A DNA stretch of 63,502 nucleotides, the filler included. It is 4 parts of 4 records of this genome, joined end to end, with 100 filler letters (N's around TTAATTAATTAA, not from the genome) between each part and the next. Parts side by side here need not be neighbours in the genome. Positions count along the whole stretch, not along the records: positions 26,069 to 31,436 come from SRR20825019_511; positions 31,537 to 54,059 come from SRR20825019_512; 2 more parts are not named here. One strand, 5' to 3'. Below are positions 27,995 through 38,632 of the stretch, piece by piece. The stretch's first letter is position 1; each line of letters starts with the position of its first letter. The notes beneath the pieces were generated by a model. The model searched no databases, had not been told where the DNA came from, and was given only the letters and a program-made list of their open reading frames with translations. Both the position numbers and the translations under genes were made by a program.

Positions 27995-28480
27995 TTAGCT
28001 TTCCTTCGGTTCCGCTTTGATTTGATCGGCGATCTGTTTCGCCTTGGCGCAATCCACTTTCTCGTGGAGTTCGTCATCCACCATCAGCACCGGTCCGGTG
28101 CCACAGCTCGCAAGACATTCGACAAACTCGATCGAGACTTCGCCGTCGGGGGAGACTTGATTGAGCTCGGTGTTGAATTCCTTCTTCAGCGTTTCGCAGG
28201 TTTGGTATCCACCCATGAGCGCACAGGAGAGCGTGCGGCAAACACGGATATGACGCCGACCCGGCGCCGTGCGGCGGAACATCGGATAAAAGGTCACGAC
28301 CTCGTAGACGTTGATCGGCTCGAGCTCGAGTTTCTCGGCGACCCAGACCTCGGTATCTTCAGGGAGATAGCCAATATCTTCCTGGATCAGATGGAGGAGT
28401 GGTAACGTGGCGCTGCGCTTCTCCGGGTAATGCGTGATTACCTCGTCGATTTGCTTCAGTGTTTCGGACTTGAGATTCAT
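27995..28480 (-). CDS. nuoE: NADH-quinone oxidoreductase subunit E
   Basis: VVTFYPMF, CRTLSC, ECLASC. Confidence 0.96.
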   Translation of the reverse strand: MNLKSETLKQIDEVITHYPEKRSATLPLLHLIQEDIGYLPEDTEVWVAEKLELEPINVYEVVTFYPMFRRTAPGRRHIRVCRTLSCALMGGYQTCETLKKEFNTELNQVSPDGEVSIEFVECLASCGTGPVLMVDDELHEKVDCAKAKQIADQIKAEPKES

Positions 28481-28488
28481 TTAACGGA

Positions 28489-28682
28489 AGTAGCGGGTAA
28501 CAAGTAGTGACTAGTGACTAGCCCGGCAGGAACTACGGTAATGCCACTGGACGACTCACTCGTTGGAATTAAAATTGGATTAGTCATGCTCACTATTCGC
28601 TACTAAATTCTCACTACTGGTTGGATCGGAATACTTGGAAGGGTTTTTTCAATATGCTCTCTACTCGCTACTAATTACTCTT
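28489..28682. repeat. TAGTGAC/CTACTCG heptamer arms in inverted arrangement between nuoD and nuoE
   Basis: gtagtgactagtgactag versus ctcactattcgctactaa, ctctactcgctactaattactc. Confidence 0.7.
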
Positions 28683-28683
28683 A

Positions 28684-29910
28684 TCATCGGTCGCACTCAC
28701 CCATCACGAAGTCGAGGGAGCCGAGAATGGAGACAACATCGGACACCATGGTGCCGACGCAGACTTTGGGAAGGATGGAAAGATTACAGAAAGACGGGGC
28801 GCGGATCTTCATGCGATATGGCACTCCCCCGCCCTTGCTGACGATGTAGAACCCGAGGGCTCCCTTGGGATTTTCCGCTTCGAAATAGACTTCACCGGCC
28901 GGCATCTGCGGACCTTCGGTCACGATCATGAAGTTGTTAATCAACTCTTCCATCGAGGACATCACTTTGTCCTTCGGCGGAGCGAAAATCTTCTTCGCGT
29001 CCTTCGCATACCAATCGCCTTCCGGGAAATTCTTGATCGCCTGCTTCACGATGCGCACCGATTGACGCATCTCTTCGCCACGCACCAAGTAACGGTCGTA
29101 GGAATCGCCGGTCTTACCCACGGGAACGTCGAAATCGTATTTCTCGTAGCCGCTGTAGGGTTTGTCCTTCCGCAGATCCATCGCCACGCCGGAAGCGCGG
29201 AGATTCGGGCCGGTCAAACCGTAGGCGATCGCGTCTTCCTTTGAGATCGTGCCGACATCGACAGTGCGATCCATGAAGATCTTGTTCCGCGTCAACATCG
29301 CGAGAATGTCTTCGAGGATCGGCAAAAATTGGTCACAGAACTCGACCACGCGTTCGTTCCACCCCTCGGGCACATCGCGGGCCACGCCACCGATTCGGGT
29401 GTAGCTCGTGGTGAAACGCGCACCGGTCAGTTCTTCGAAGAGCTTGTAGAGTTTTTCACGCTCGGTGAACGAATACATGAACACCGTCCACGCGCCCGTA
29501 TCGATGCCGAAGGCGCCGAGGCCGAGCAAATGCGCGGAGATCCGGGCGAGTTCGGCGGTGATCACGCGGATCGCCTGACAGCGTTCCGGCACTTCGAGGT
29601 TCGCGAGACGTTCCACCGCAATCGCGTAAGCCATGTTATTGGCGAGCGGCGCGAGGTAGTCCAACCGGTCCGTGTAAGGCACGAACTGGTTATAAGTCAT
29701 GTTTTCCGCGATCTTCTCATCGCCGCGGTGCAGGTAACCGATCACCGGCTCGGCCTTGGTGACGACTTCACCATCGAGCTCCATCTGAATGCGCAACACC
29801 CCGTGAGTGGACGGGTGCGACGGTCCCATCGAAAGGGACATTTTTTCGGTTTCAAACTCGCCGGTAGCGTTTTTCGCCTCGGTATCGGGATAGGTAAATT
29901 CTGTGGACAT
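28684..29910 (-). CDS. nuoD: NADH-quinone oxidoreductase subunit D
   Basis: GPSHPSTHGVLR, GYLHRG, DRLDY, SLDFVMGECDR. Confidence 0.97.
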   Translation of the reverse strand: MSTEFTYPDTEAKNATGEFETEKMSLSMGPSHPSTHGVLRIQMELDGEVVTKAEPVIGYLHRGDEKIAENMTYNQFVPYTDRLDYLAPLANNMAYAIAVERLANLEVPERCQAIRVITAELARISAHLLGLGAFGIDTGAWTVFMYSFTEREKLYKLFEELTGARFTTSYTRIGGVARDVPEGWNERVVEFCDQFLPILEDILAMLTRNKIFMDRTVDVGTISKEDAIAYGLTGPNLRASGVAMDLRKDKPYSGYEKYDFDVPVGKTGDSYDRYLVRGEEMRQSVRIVKQAIKNFPEGDWYAKDAKKIFAPPKDKVMSSMEELINNFMIVTEGPQMPAGEVYFEAENPKGALGFYIVSKGGGVPYRMKIRAPSFCNLSILPKVCVGTMVSDVVSILGSLDFVMGECDR

Positions 29911-29981
29911 TACAGTAAGGGACGGAATTCAGACTTCGCGATCACGAGAAGAGTATGTGGTTTGGATTCCATTTCAGCTTT

Positions 29982-30623
29982 TCAGTCGTTCAGTTTTTCC
30001 GGCTTTGGATTTCTTTCGTTCCAGCTCTCGTCCTTGGCGCGTGGTTCCGCCTCGGTCATATTCATTTCACCCGTCGAGGCGACAAACGGTCCGCCAGCCA
30101 TTGGCGCGGCGATGACGGGAGTGCCCGTTGCGGCGGCGATTTCCGGATCCGGCAATTCGGTTTCGATTCCCGCCAACGGGAATTCCTTGCGGAGGGGATG
30201 ATAGGGATAACCTTCCCACATCAGGATGCGGCGGAGATCAGGATGGCCCTCAAAGATGATGCCAAACATGTCGAACGTCTCGCGCTCGTGCCAATCAGCC
30301 CCCGCCCAGAGACTCGTTACGCTGGGAACGGTCGGCTTTTCCTCATCACCCGTGCAAGGCGTCGCGACACGGATGTAAATGTGCTGCTCGGTAGAATAGA
30401 GATGATAAACAACCTCGAATCGCGGATCAGCCCCTTCGGCCCAATCGATCGCGGTCAAATCGGTCAACAGATCGAACGAATGCTCGTCGCGGAGGGTTTG
30501 GAGGACGGCGAGCACATCGCCGGTCGGCACATTGATCGCTTCGAGATCGAGACTCTCACGCGAGGTGATCCCGGAGAATTTTTCCTGGAGGACAGACGTG
30601 ACGTCGGCGGTGGTGGAAGACAT
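29982..30623 (-). CDS. nuoC: NADH-quinone oxidoreductase subunit C
   Basis: WHERETFDMFGIIFEGHPDLRRILM, HPLRKEFPL. Confidence 0.96.
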   Translation of the reverse strand: MSSTTADVTSVLQEKFSGITSRESLDLEAINVPTGDVLAVLQTLRDEHSFDLLTDLTAIDWAEGADPRFEVVYHLYSTEQHIYIRVATPCTGDEEKPTVPSVTSLWAGADWHERETFDMFGIIFEGHPDLRRILMWEGYPYHPLRKEFPLAGIETELPDPEIAAATGTPVIAAPMAGGPFVASTGEMNMTEAEPRAKDESWNERNPKPEKLND

Positions 30624-30642
30624 TGCGCGTATAAAAAGGCGT

Positions 30643-31152
30643 TTAAGCAGTCAGCAGGTTTTTGGCCGCAGGCGATTTCTTCACCTTGGTCTGCAATTTG
30701 AGCAAAGCATCAAGCAGAGCCTCCGGACGCGGCGGACAGCCACTGATGTAAACATCCACCGGAATAATGCGATCCACTCCCTGTAAAGTCGCGTAGCTGC
30801 GATACATCCCACCGGAAGAAGCACAGGCCCCCATCGCGATCACCCACTTGGGTTCCGCCATCTGGTCGTAAATACGACGCACCGAAGAGGCCATCTTGTA
30901 AGTCACCGTGCCGGCCACGATCATGCAATCGGCCTGACGCGGCGAAAAGCGCATGACCTCCGCACCGAAACGGGCGATATCGAAACGCGCGCCACCGGTC
31001 GCCATGAGTTCAATCGCACAACAAGCGAGGCCCATGGGCATCGGCCACATGGAGTTGGTGCGGATCCAGTTGATGACAGCATCGGCTTTGGTGACGACGA
31101 CTTCGCCCTCTACCTTGCTGTTGTAGGCCAGTTCTGTGTTGGAGGATACCAT
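30643..31152 (-). CDS. nuoB: NADH-quinone oxidoreductase subunit B
   Basis: [32 protein letters not shown]. Confidence 0.97.
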   Translation of the reverse strand: MVSSNTELAYNSKVEGEVVVTKADAVINWIRTNSMWPMPMGLACCAIELMATGGARFDIARFGAEVMRFSPRQADCMIVAGTVTYKMASSVRRIYDQMAEPKWVIAMGACASSGGMYRSYATLQGVDRIIPVDVYISGCPPRPEALLDALLKLQTKVKKSPAAKNLLTA

Positions 31153-31345
31153 GGTGAAATGCCGCTCTGATTAAACGGAATCCCCGCCAGAGTTACTCTC
31201 TGCGCAAGAGCGTGCAAGTGGCATTTTGGGAAAATATTCGGAACTGCTTAAAATCCGGATTTGCGATTGACCAAGCGCCCTCAGCTCCACTTTGTTCTCC
31301 CCTCACTCAACTGCCTTGAGACACAAGTCTTGCGGCAAAGCACCC

Positions 31346-31436
<91 letters not shown>

Positions 31437-31536
31437 NNNNNNNNNNNNNNNNNNNNNNNNNNNNNNNNNNNNNNNNNNNNTTAATTAATTAANNNNNNNN
31501 NNNNNNNNNNNNNNNNNNNNNNNNNNNNNNNNNNNN
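31437..31536. other. Artificial contig linker
   Basis: N44-TTAATTAATTAA-N44. Confidence 0.98.
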
Positions 31537-31619
31537 GCCCTACAGGGACGTATTCACGGGCGTGTTTCTGAAGGCCCGCCCCGCCGCGACCTGACTCCCA
31601 ACCAGCAGGCTACAGTCAC

Positions 31620-31658
31620 AAAAAAACCGCCCAAGCCAGAGGCAAAGGCGGTTTTTTT
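31620..31658 (-). terminator. Rho-independent terminator (bidirectional-type)
   Basis: AAAAAACCGCC...GGCGGTTTTTTT downstream of the Spy-like gene. Confidence 0.8.
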
Positions 31659-31691
31659 CGGGCTCCGGGGAATAACCCGGAAAACAGATGT

Positions 31692-32132
31692 TTACTGCAT
31701 ACCCTGCTGCATCTGACGCTGCTGTTGCATCTGCTGCTGCATTTGCTGCATGCGCTTGTTCAACTCGTCACGCTGCTCCTGGGTGAACACCGCATCAACC
31801 TTCGCCTGCATCAGGGTAGACATGGCCGTCATCTCACCAGTTACATCACCCAGCTTCTCGGCGTTGTCACGAATCGCGTCTTCGTCGTAATCCGGCTTGA
31901 TCTGAGCCTGGATCTGCTGCTGCAGTTGCTGGGCTTCGCCCTGAAGCTCCTGAATCTCAGCCTGCATCTCTTCAATGATGCCGCGAATTTCTTTCTGCTG
32001 GTCTTCACTCAAGCCAACCATCTGAGCCAGCTGATCAACCTGGTCCGGCTGCCCGCCAGATTGCTGCGCCATCGCCGGAGAAGACAGCCCGATAGCAATC
32101 AGGGCAATTCCGAACAGTTTCACGAGCTTCAT
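31692..32132 (-). CDS. Spy/CpxP family periplasmic chaperone
   Basis: Signal peptide, LSEDQ and FTQEQR (LTxxQ-like) motifs, Gln-rich. Confidence 0.8.
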   Translation of the reverse strand: MKLVKLFGIALIAIGLSSPAMAQQSGGQPDQVDQLAQMVGLSEDQQKEIRGIIEEMQAEIQELQGEAQQLQQQIQAQIKPDYDEDAIRDNAEKLGDVTGEMTAMSTLMQAKVDAVFTQEQRDELNKRMQQMQQQMQQQRQMQQGMQ

Positions 32133-32352
32133 AGAAATCTCCACTAATCGATTATTTAAGTCGCTTTGGGTTTTCGAGCCCTACACCCTAAATCAAAACA
32201 ACCGGGTATTTCACCCCGAACCCCCTTCTTTTTGTACATACTTCACACCCTCGCATGCCTCAGCTCCCACCATGGGCGGGTTGAGAGAAATGTGAAAATT
32301 TAGTCATTCCCGTCCATAATGGCGCCGTTCAGCCACTTCAGGAGTATCAACC

Positions 32353-33240
32353 ATGGCCATTAACTGGTTTCCAGGGCACATGCACAAGGCCCGCAAGGAA
32401 ATCAAAAAGGTAATGCCCCAGATGGATCTCATTATCGAGGTCGTGGACGCGCGCCTGCCGTTCAGCAGTGAAAATCCGCTGGTCCCTGCCCTGCGCGGCG
32501 ATACGCCCGTCATCAAGGTGCTTAACAAGCGAGATTTGGCTGACCCGGCCATTACCGAACAATGGCTCGGCTGGTTGGAAAAGGAACGTGGCGTTCGGGC
32601 CATCACCATGACCCACAACCAGCGCGCGGAAGCCCTCGACATCCTGCGACTGGCCGGTGAAATGACGCCGGATCATGATCGCCAGAAACGGGCGTTGCGG
32701 GTGATGATCCTGGGCATCCCCAATGTCGGGAAGTCCACGCTGATCAATACTATGGCGGGCCGGCCGGCGGCCAAGACCGGAAATGAGCCCGCAGTGACCC
32801 GGGCGCAGCAGGCCATCAAACTGCCAGACAACGTTCTGCTCTATGACACACCGGGGTTTCTCTGGCCCAAGCTGTCTCCGGAAGCCTGCGGATACCGCCT
32901 GGCTATTAGTGGCGCCATTCGCAGTGCGGTGATTGAGTTTGAGGACGTGGCGTTATTCGAGGCGGATTACCTGCTGGACGCGTATCCCGAACTGGCAATG
33001 GCGCGCTACGGGTTTGAAGAAAGGCCCCGGGACGGCCTGGCACTGATGGACGGCATCGCGGAAAAACGACGGTTCCTGGGGAGAGGCGGGGTTCCGGACC
33101 TGCACAAGGTGTCGGAAATACTGCTCAACGAATTCCGCTCCGGGAAGCTCGGGCGAATTTCGCTGGAGACGCCCGCCATGGTCGAGCAGGAAGCCCGGGA
33201 AGAGGCTGAACGTCAACGCGAGAAATCCGACAAAGCCTGA
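32353..33240 (+). CDS. ylqF: Ribosome biogenesis GTPase YlqF/RbgA
   Basis: INWFPGHM, DARLPFSS, NKRD, GIPNVGKS, DTPG. Confidence 0.96.
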   Translation: MAINWFPGHMHKARKEIKKVMPQMDLIIEVVDARLPFSSENPLVPALRGDTPVIKVLNKRDLADPAITEQWLGWLEKERGVRAITMTHNQRAEALDILRLAGEMTPDHDRQKRALRVMILGIPNVGKSTLINTMAGRPAAKTGNEPAVTRAQQAIKLPDNVLLYDTPGFLWPKLSPEACGYRLAISGAIRSAVIEFEDVALFEADYLLDAYPELAMARYGFEERPRDGLALMDGIAEKRRFLGRGGVPDLHKVSEILLNEFRSGKLGRISLETPAMVEQEAREEAERQREKSDKA

Positions 33241-34022
33241 TCATCGAGACCACAACGGCATACGTTGAACCATCCCGCCGCCACATAGGCGGACGGCAGT
33301 GCGTCGAACATATCACGTGCCGTGCGAACCAGATGGGGCTGGTCGTAGAACCCGGCCTCTGTCGCCAACCGGGAGACGGATATACCCGGTTTCCAGAACG
33401 CCAATGCCCGGTTGATCTTCAGGTGCAGGAGAAAGCGGCGCAGCGGCACGCCCGTTTCCTGGCGAAACAGATGCGTCAGCCGTGACGAGGACAGCCCGAC
33501 ACTTTGAGCCAGAGCGTTCAGTTCCAGGCGTTCCGGCAGTTCTGCCCTCAGCTTCCTGCAAATGCCTGCTATACGGTCGTCCAGCGCAACGGGCGCGTGC
33601 CCGCTCTGAGAGATCACTCTTGCCAGCGCGCAGGCCATGGCCTCGCAGTCTGTCTCCCCGGGATCAGGCAGACCCACACCGGTCAACGAAAGATCCGTGG
33701 AGGCCATGCCTGCCGTAACGGATTTCAGGGACCGCCAGTAAACGCTGTCGGGGTCGAGCTGGACGCTCCAGATTCTGGCCTCCCCAGGCTCCAGTGCCTG
33801 GGGAACGTCAGGGGCTACGATGGCGGCGCGGGTTTCCCGCCATTCACCATCCACAGCCAGCCGAAAGGGACTGTCGAGCCCCACCAGCAAGGAAGCGCTT
33901 ATGTGGCGGTGGGAGCGGTTGGGCATCAACTGTCCGAGTACCTGCCAGTGATCCTGCCACAAAAACAAGGTGCCCTTGTGGCCCTGACCGCTCGTTGGCG
34001 TTTTGAAGGGCGGTGCCTGCAT
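33213..34022 (-). CDS. AraC family transcriptional regulator
   Basis: LSSSRLTHLFRQETG, AGFYDQPHLVR. Confidence 0.9.
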   Translation of the reverse strand: MQAPPFKTPTSGQGHKGTLFLWQDHWQVLGQLMPNRSHRHISASLLVGLDSPFRLAVDGEWRETRAAIVAPDVPQALEPGEARIWSVQLDPDSVYWRSLKSVTAGMASTDLSLTGVGLPDPGETDCEAMACALARVISQSGHAPVALDDRIAGICRKLRAELPERLELNALAQSVGLSSSRLTHLFRQETGVPLRRFLLHLKINRALAFWKPGISVSRLATEAGFYDQPHLVRTARDMFDALPSAYVAAGWFNVCRCGLDDQALSDFSR

Positions 34023-34074
34023 GGTGTCACTCAACTCTGCATTTCCCTGCAAGCATACCTCAAGCAGCCTTGGT

Positions 34075-34599
34075 TCAGTGACTCTGAGGCTGGCGCCCAC
34101 CGTCTTGACCACCCTGGGCATGAGGTACCGGTAAGCCCAGTTTCGCCGCAAACTCGATGCTAACGAAGATCGGCCCGATCAGCAGGAACACAAGGTCTTC
34201 CACGAACGACGGCTTCTTGCCTTCAATTTTATGGCCAACCACCTGGACCGCCCAGGCAACGATCCAGACCACAAGACTGGTCCAGAACAGGGACAGACCA
34301 CTGGCCAGCACACTCTGTATGGCCCACAAAGACAGTACAAACCAGCCCGCCATCAATACGAACACCCAAAGCGACAAGCGCAGATAGACGATACCCGACA
34401 AGCCCGCGAGAATCGTGGCGCCGTTGACCCAATAGGCCCCAGAGCCAGAAAGGCCAAGCCAACTGCCTACCGGTATCAGCCAGAACAATCCCAGTGTTGA
34501 TATCAGGATTGCCGGAACGCAGGCAATATGGACCCACTGGTTAACGGTGTTCTGATGGCTGTCGCCGTAGTCATGCAGAAACTGAGACAGTGAACGCAC
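34075..34599 (-). CDS. DUF962/Mpo1-like membrane protein
   Basis: YGDSHQNTVNQWVHIACVP, QVVGHKIEGKKPSF, LLIGP. GTG start with a GGAG RBS. Confidence 0.88.
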   Translation of the reverse strand: MRSLSQFLHDYGDSHQNTVNQWVHIACVPAILISTLGLFWLIPVGSWLGLSGSGAYWVNGATILAGLSGIVYLRLSLWVFVLMAGWFVLSLWAIQSVLASGLSLFWTSLVVWIVAWAVQVVGHKIEGKKPSFVEDLVFLLIGPIFVSIEFAAKLGLPVPHAQGGQDGGRQPQSH

Positions 34600-34817
34600 G
34601 GTGAATCTCCCTCGGGTTATTGTTGATAAACGCCATCTTACCAACGTCCATGATCGCCGCCTTGTACGTAACGGCTATGCCAGCTCGCCTGGCCTCTTCT
34701 TGCACCTTACCAAGGTCAAATATCGCCGCAGCGCCAAAGCGCCTAGACTGATGGTTATAGTCAGAGACAGAGGGGACCGGCCCAGTTCGCGGTGCAGGCC
34801 CCGCTAAGGAGGAAAGT

Positions 34818-36026
34818 ATGAGACGGGTTGTAGTTACCGGAATGGGCATTGTTTCCTGCCTCGGCAACTCCACGGATGCGGTGCTGGAAAGCCTCAAGGC
34901 CGGCAAATCGGGCATCCGGTTCAATGAAACCTATCGTGACATGGGCTTCCGCAGCCAGGTGGCAGGTTCTGTTGATGTGGATACGTCGGTCATCGACCGT
35001 AAAACCCGACGCTTCATGGGCCAGTCGGCGATGTACAGCTACCTCGCCATGGAGCAGGCCATTGCGTCCTCACGATTGACAGACGATCTGGTTTCCAATG
35101 ACCGTACCGGCCTGATCGCCGGCTCCGGCGGCGCGTCCAGCGCCAGCCAGGTGGAGGCCGTCGACATCATGCGTGAAAAAGGTGTCAAACGCATCGGGCC
35201 CTACATGGTGCCACGGATCATGACCAGTACCGTGTCGGCCTGTCTGGCCACCGCCTTCAAAATTCGCGGCGTGAACTACTCCATGTCATCCGCCTGCGCC
35301 ACCAGCGCCCACTGTATTGGCCACGCCGCGGAGCAGATCCAGTCTGGCAAGCAGGACATTGTATTCGCCGGCGGTGGCGAGGAAGAGGACTGGAGCCTGA
35401 CCATGCTGTTCGACGCCATGGGCGCCTTGTCCACCAAGTATAACGATGCCCCGGAAACCGCATCCAGGCCCTTCGACGCCGGTCGTGATGGATTCGTTAT
35501 CGCAGGCGGTGGCGGAATGGTGGTAATGGAAGAGCTTGAGCATGCCCTCAAGCGCGGTGCCCCCATTATTGCCGAGCTGACCGGTTATGGCGCCACGTCC
35601 GACGGACACGACATGGTCGCCCCCTCTGGCGAAGGCGCCATGCGTTGCATGCAACAGGCGCTGTCCACGGTTGAGACACCGGTGGATTACATCAATGCAC
35701 ACGGCACCAGCACGCCGGTGGGCGATGTGGCGGAGATGAAGGCGGTACGGAACGTCTTCGGTGATAAAGTGCCGCAGATTTCGTCCACAAAGTCGCTATC
35801 CGGCCACTCTTTGGGCGCATCGGGTGTTCATGAAGCGATCTATTCCCTGATCATGCTGCAGAACGGATTTATTGCGGGCACTAAAAACCTGACAAACCTG
35901 GATGACACCATTGCCGGAATGCCGGTTGTGGGGCCTGATTCCAAAGCGGCGCCACTGAATACAGTGATGTCCAACAGCTTCGGGTTCGGCGGCACCAATG
36001 CCTCGCTGGTATTCGGAAAAGTCTGA
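34818..36026 (+). CDS. fabB: Beta-ketoacyl-ACP synthase I
   Basis: [54 protein letters not shown]. Confidence 0.96.
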   Translation: MRRVVVTGMGIVSCLGNSTDAVLESLKAGKSGIRFNETYRDMGFRSQVAGSVDVDTSVIDRKTRRFMGQSAMYSYLAMEQAIASSRLTDDLVSNDRTGLIAGSGGASSASQVEAVDIMREKGVKRIGPYMVPRIMTSTVSACLATAFKIRGVNYSMSSACATSAHCIGHAAEQIQSGKQDIVFAGGGEEEDWSLTMLFDAMGALSTKYNDAPETASRPFDAGRDGFVIAGGGGMVVMEELEHALKRGAPIIAELTGYGATSDGHDMVAPSGEGAMRCMQQALSTVETPVDYINAHGTSTPVGDVAEMKAVRNVFGDKVPQISSTKSLSGHSLGASGVHEAIYSLIMLQNGFIAGTKNLTNLDDTIAGMPVVGPDSKAAPLNTVMSNSFGFGGTNASLVFGKV

Positions 36027-36030
36027 CTTC

Positions 36031-36059
36031 CTGACGAGCCTAGCTTGTGGGCTCGTCAG
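36031..36059. terminator. Hairpin between convergent fabB and the RmlD-like gene
   Basis: CTGACGAGCC/GGCTCGTCAG 10-bp stem. Confidence 0.5.
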
Positions 36060-36918
36060 TGAGTTCCTTGCCGCCGTTCAGGGACAGTAGCTCCAGCTCC
36101 TCGGCCAACCCCGAACGCCACGGGAGCTGCTTGACGCCAAAGGTGTTGCGGATCTTGGTGCAGATCATGGTGGCGTTCGCGGGCTCCAGGGTTGCCCATG
36201 CGGGCGTTTCATCCACCACCCGGATACCATCGGGAATACCCCTCAAACCGGTTATTGCAAGCCCCAGCTCATAGAGCGAGATATCTTCCGCACCGGCGTA
36301 CTGATAGGTGCCCCACACCTCCGCACCACAGTCTATCTGCTGCACAATCGCGGTAATCACCCGGGCAAGATCACTGACAGTCACAGGTTGGCCACGGCAT
36401 TTACCGGGTAACTTGATGGTGTCGGACCCTGCGGCAACGGACTGCACCTTGCGGACAAAACGCCCCAGGCTCCAGCCCGTCCTCAGAATGATATGCCGCG
36501 GCAACAACGTTCTCAGCGCCTGTTCGCATTCCCACTGCCAGTTACCCAGCTCGTTACAGGGCTGACCGGGATTGGAGGCAATATAGGCACTCTGCTTTCG
36601 GCCGTCGAACACGTAGGAAGACGACAACTGCAACAACGCGATATTGTGCTCACAGGCGTGCTCAGCCAGCGCCACAGGCAACGAAAACGACGCCTTGTGG
36701 GCCAACTCGGGGTTCTTTTCCGCACTTTCAGGGTCCGCAAGCCAAAGCGCGTTCACGATCAAGTCAGTGTCCTCGGGAACCCAGCCTTCCAGCGCCGAAA
36801 GATCCGCGGTTTCAAGCTCGCTGATCAGCAACGGGCTGACATGGAGCGAGGTATTCCTTAAACGCTCCAGCAATACCCGCCCCAATGGGCCATAATCATG
36901 AACAACAAGAACGTGCAC
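36040..36918 (-). CDS. RmlD/RfbD-like sugar-nucleotide-binding protein (degenerate)
   Basis: SSSYVFDG, ILRTGW, GQPVTVSDLARVI, WGTYQYAG. The canonical GxxGxxG and YxxxK motifs are absent. Confidence 0.8.
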   Translation of the reverse strand: MHVLVVHDYGPLGRVLLERLRNTSLHVSPLLISELETADLSALEGWVPEDTDLIVNALWLADPESAEKNPELAHKASFSLPVALAEHACEHNIALLQLSSSYVFDGRKQSAYIASNPGQPCNELGNWQWECEQALRTLLPRHIILRTGWSLGRFVRKVQSVAAGSDTIKLPGKCRGQPVTVSDLARVITAIVQQIDCGAEVWGTYQYAGAEDISLYELGLAITGLRGIPDGIRVVDETPAWATLEPANATMICTKIRNTFGVKQLPWRSGLAEELELLSLNGGKELTDEPTS

Positions 36919-37167
36919 GAGCGCTCATCGCCTCCGGTTTCTATCTTCGCAACGGGTAACAATACCGTTGCCACTTTATCGGTATGCTGCTGTAAGTCTT
37001 TACCACACTGTAATCGTTCCCACAGCTTGTTGGAACGCGTGCACGGGATATCACTGATATGACGGGCACCCGATACCGTTCGAGCCAATGGCACGCGGTG
37101 TACACCCCATAGAATACGTGTCGGAGTACTGAGCAGACCTGACGAGCATACAACAACAGGATCCTAC

Positions 37168-37527
37168 ATGCTGAAACAACAAAGCCATATCGTTGCCCCC
37201 ATCCCGGATGAGCTCCGCACCCGCGCACTTTATACCGTCAATGAGCTCCGGGAGCGGGGAAAGGCGGACAAGATAGCCATCGACAAACTGTTCGAACTGA
37301 TTGTCGAGATGACCGACAACGGTCTGGATTTCTTTTTCCTGGAACCCCTGCGCCGGCTGAATGCCAGCAGCATGCTGATGGGTATGGCCAGAATGGGCAT
37401 CGGCAGCATGCTCAAAGGCAGCAAGATGGTCGTCCACAAAGTCCTGAAGAAACTGGACGACCGCAGCCTGGCCGCGATTCTCGACTTCATCGAGGAAATC
37501 ATCCACGAGCCGGAACCCGCTTCCTGA
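37168..37527 (+). CDS. Hypothetical protein
   Basis: 119-aa helical ORF with a CAGGA RBS. Confidence 0.75.
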   Translation: MLKQQSHIVAPIPDELRTRALYTVNELRERGKADKIAIDKLFELIVEMTDNGLDFFFLEPLRRLNASSMLMGMARMGIGSMLKGSKMVVHKVLKKLDDRSLAAILDFIEEIIHEPEPAS

Positions 37528-37531
37528 TCAC

Positions 37532-38632
37532 CTACCCTGCTGCGGTGTTGCCCGAATCCTCGTACAGCCTGGGCACCCGGGCTGTAATACCCGTTAGCAG
37601 TTCGTAGCCAATGGTACCGGCGTGTTGCGCCACTTCATCCACACTGACATGCCGCCCCCAGAGCTCCACAGGGTCGCCAGGACAAGCGTCAGGGGCGCCC
37701 GTCAGGTCCACGGCCAGCATGTCCATGGACACCCTGCCAATCAGGCGTATGCGGTTACCGCCGACCCACGCCGGAGTGCCCGTGCCGGCATGGCGAGGAT
37801 AGCCATCACCATAGCCAATGGCCACAATCCCCATTCGTGTTTCCTGAGTCGCGGTCCAGCTGTAGCCATAGCCCACGGACTCTCCCGGTTTTAGTGTTCG
37901 CACGGCGGTTAAAGGGGCTTCCAGTGTCATTACCGCTTCCAGTCCCAGCTCCGGGCCAGTCTTGCCCAAGGTCGGGGAGGCGCCATAAAGCATGATGCCG
38001 GGACGGGTCCAGTCGAACGACGGCTGGGCAGGAAGAAAATGGGCGGCGGAATTGGACGCGCTTTTCTCAAGTTTTGGCCAGTCCACCACGGCTTCACTGA
38101 ATATCCGCGTCTGCTGGTCCGTGTCATCGCTGGAGATATCGTCCGCACAGGCAAAGTGCGTTACGAAACCCGCCACCTTCTCCGCCGCGGCAATGGTACC
38201 CAGTCGTGCCATAACATCGGCCAGTACGCTCGGCGCGAAACCAAGCCGATTCATGCCGGTATTCACTTTTACCCAGACCGTCGGCGTCCCACCAGCCTGC
38301 TCCAGCCAGTCCAACTGATAATGACTGTGGACCACCACTTCAAAACCTTCGCGAACACACATCGCGACGTCCTCGGCACTGTGCATGCCCTGCAACAACA
38401 CCACAGGATGGTCAACACCGGCCTCACGGATCGCCAGGGCTTCTTCCAGACAGGCAACGGCAAATTTGGGTGCATCGCTCGCCAGGGCCCGTGCGACTTC
38501 ACGGATGCCATGGCCATAGCCATCGGCCTTGATAACGGCCATCGCCCGGGCCGGGCTGGCCAGCCGGCAGGCGAGGCGATAGTTGTGGCGGAGTGCACGG
38601 GTATCAATACGGGCAAGGGTCTTCCGTGGCAT
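37532..38632 (-). CDS. alr: Alanine racemase
   Basis: AVIKADGYGHG, NTGMNRLG, RPGIMLYG, GRVSMDM, TIGYEL. Confidence 0.97.
   Translation of the reverse strand: MPRKTLARIDTRALRHNYRLACRLASPARAMAVIKADGYGHGIREVARALASDAPKFAVACLEEALAIREAGVDHPVVLLQGMHSAEDVAMCVREGFEVVVHSHYQLDWLEQAGGTPTVWVKVNTGMNRLGFAPSVLADVMARLGTIAAAEKVAGFVTHFACADDISSDDTDQQTRIFSEAVVDWPKLEKSASNSAAHFLPAQPSFDWTRPGIMLYGASPTLGKTGPELGLEAVMTLEAPLTAVRTLKPGESVGYGYSWTATQETRMGIVAIGYGDGYPRHAGTGTPAWVGGNRIRLIGRVSMDMLAVDLTGAPDACPGDPVELWGRHVSVDEVAQHAGTIGYELLTGITARVPRLYEDSGNTAAG

Noticed and set aside
31537-31595. Partial REP-like sequence at the start of contig 3
   Set aside because: Truncated and single-copy in the window; cannot be supported.
31695-31760. 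CTG/CAG triplet repeats
   Set aside because: They encode the Gln-rich tail of the Spy/CpxP-like protein.
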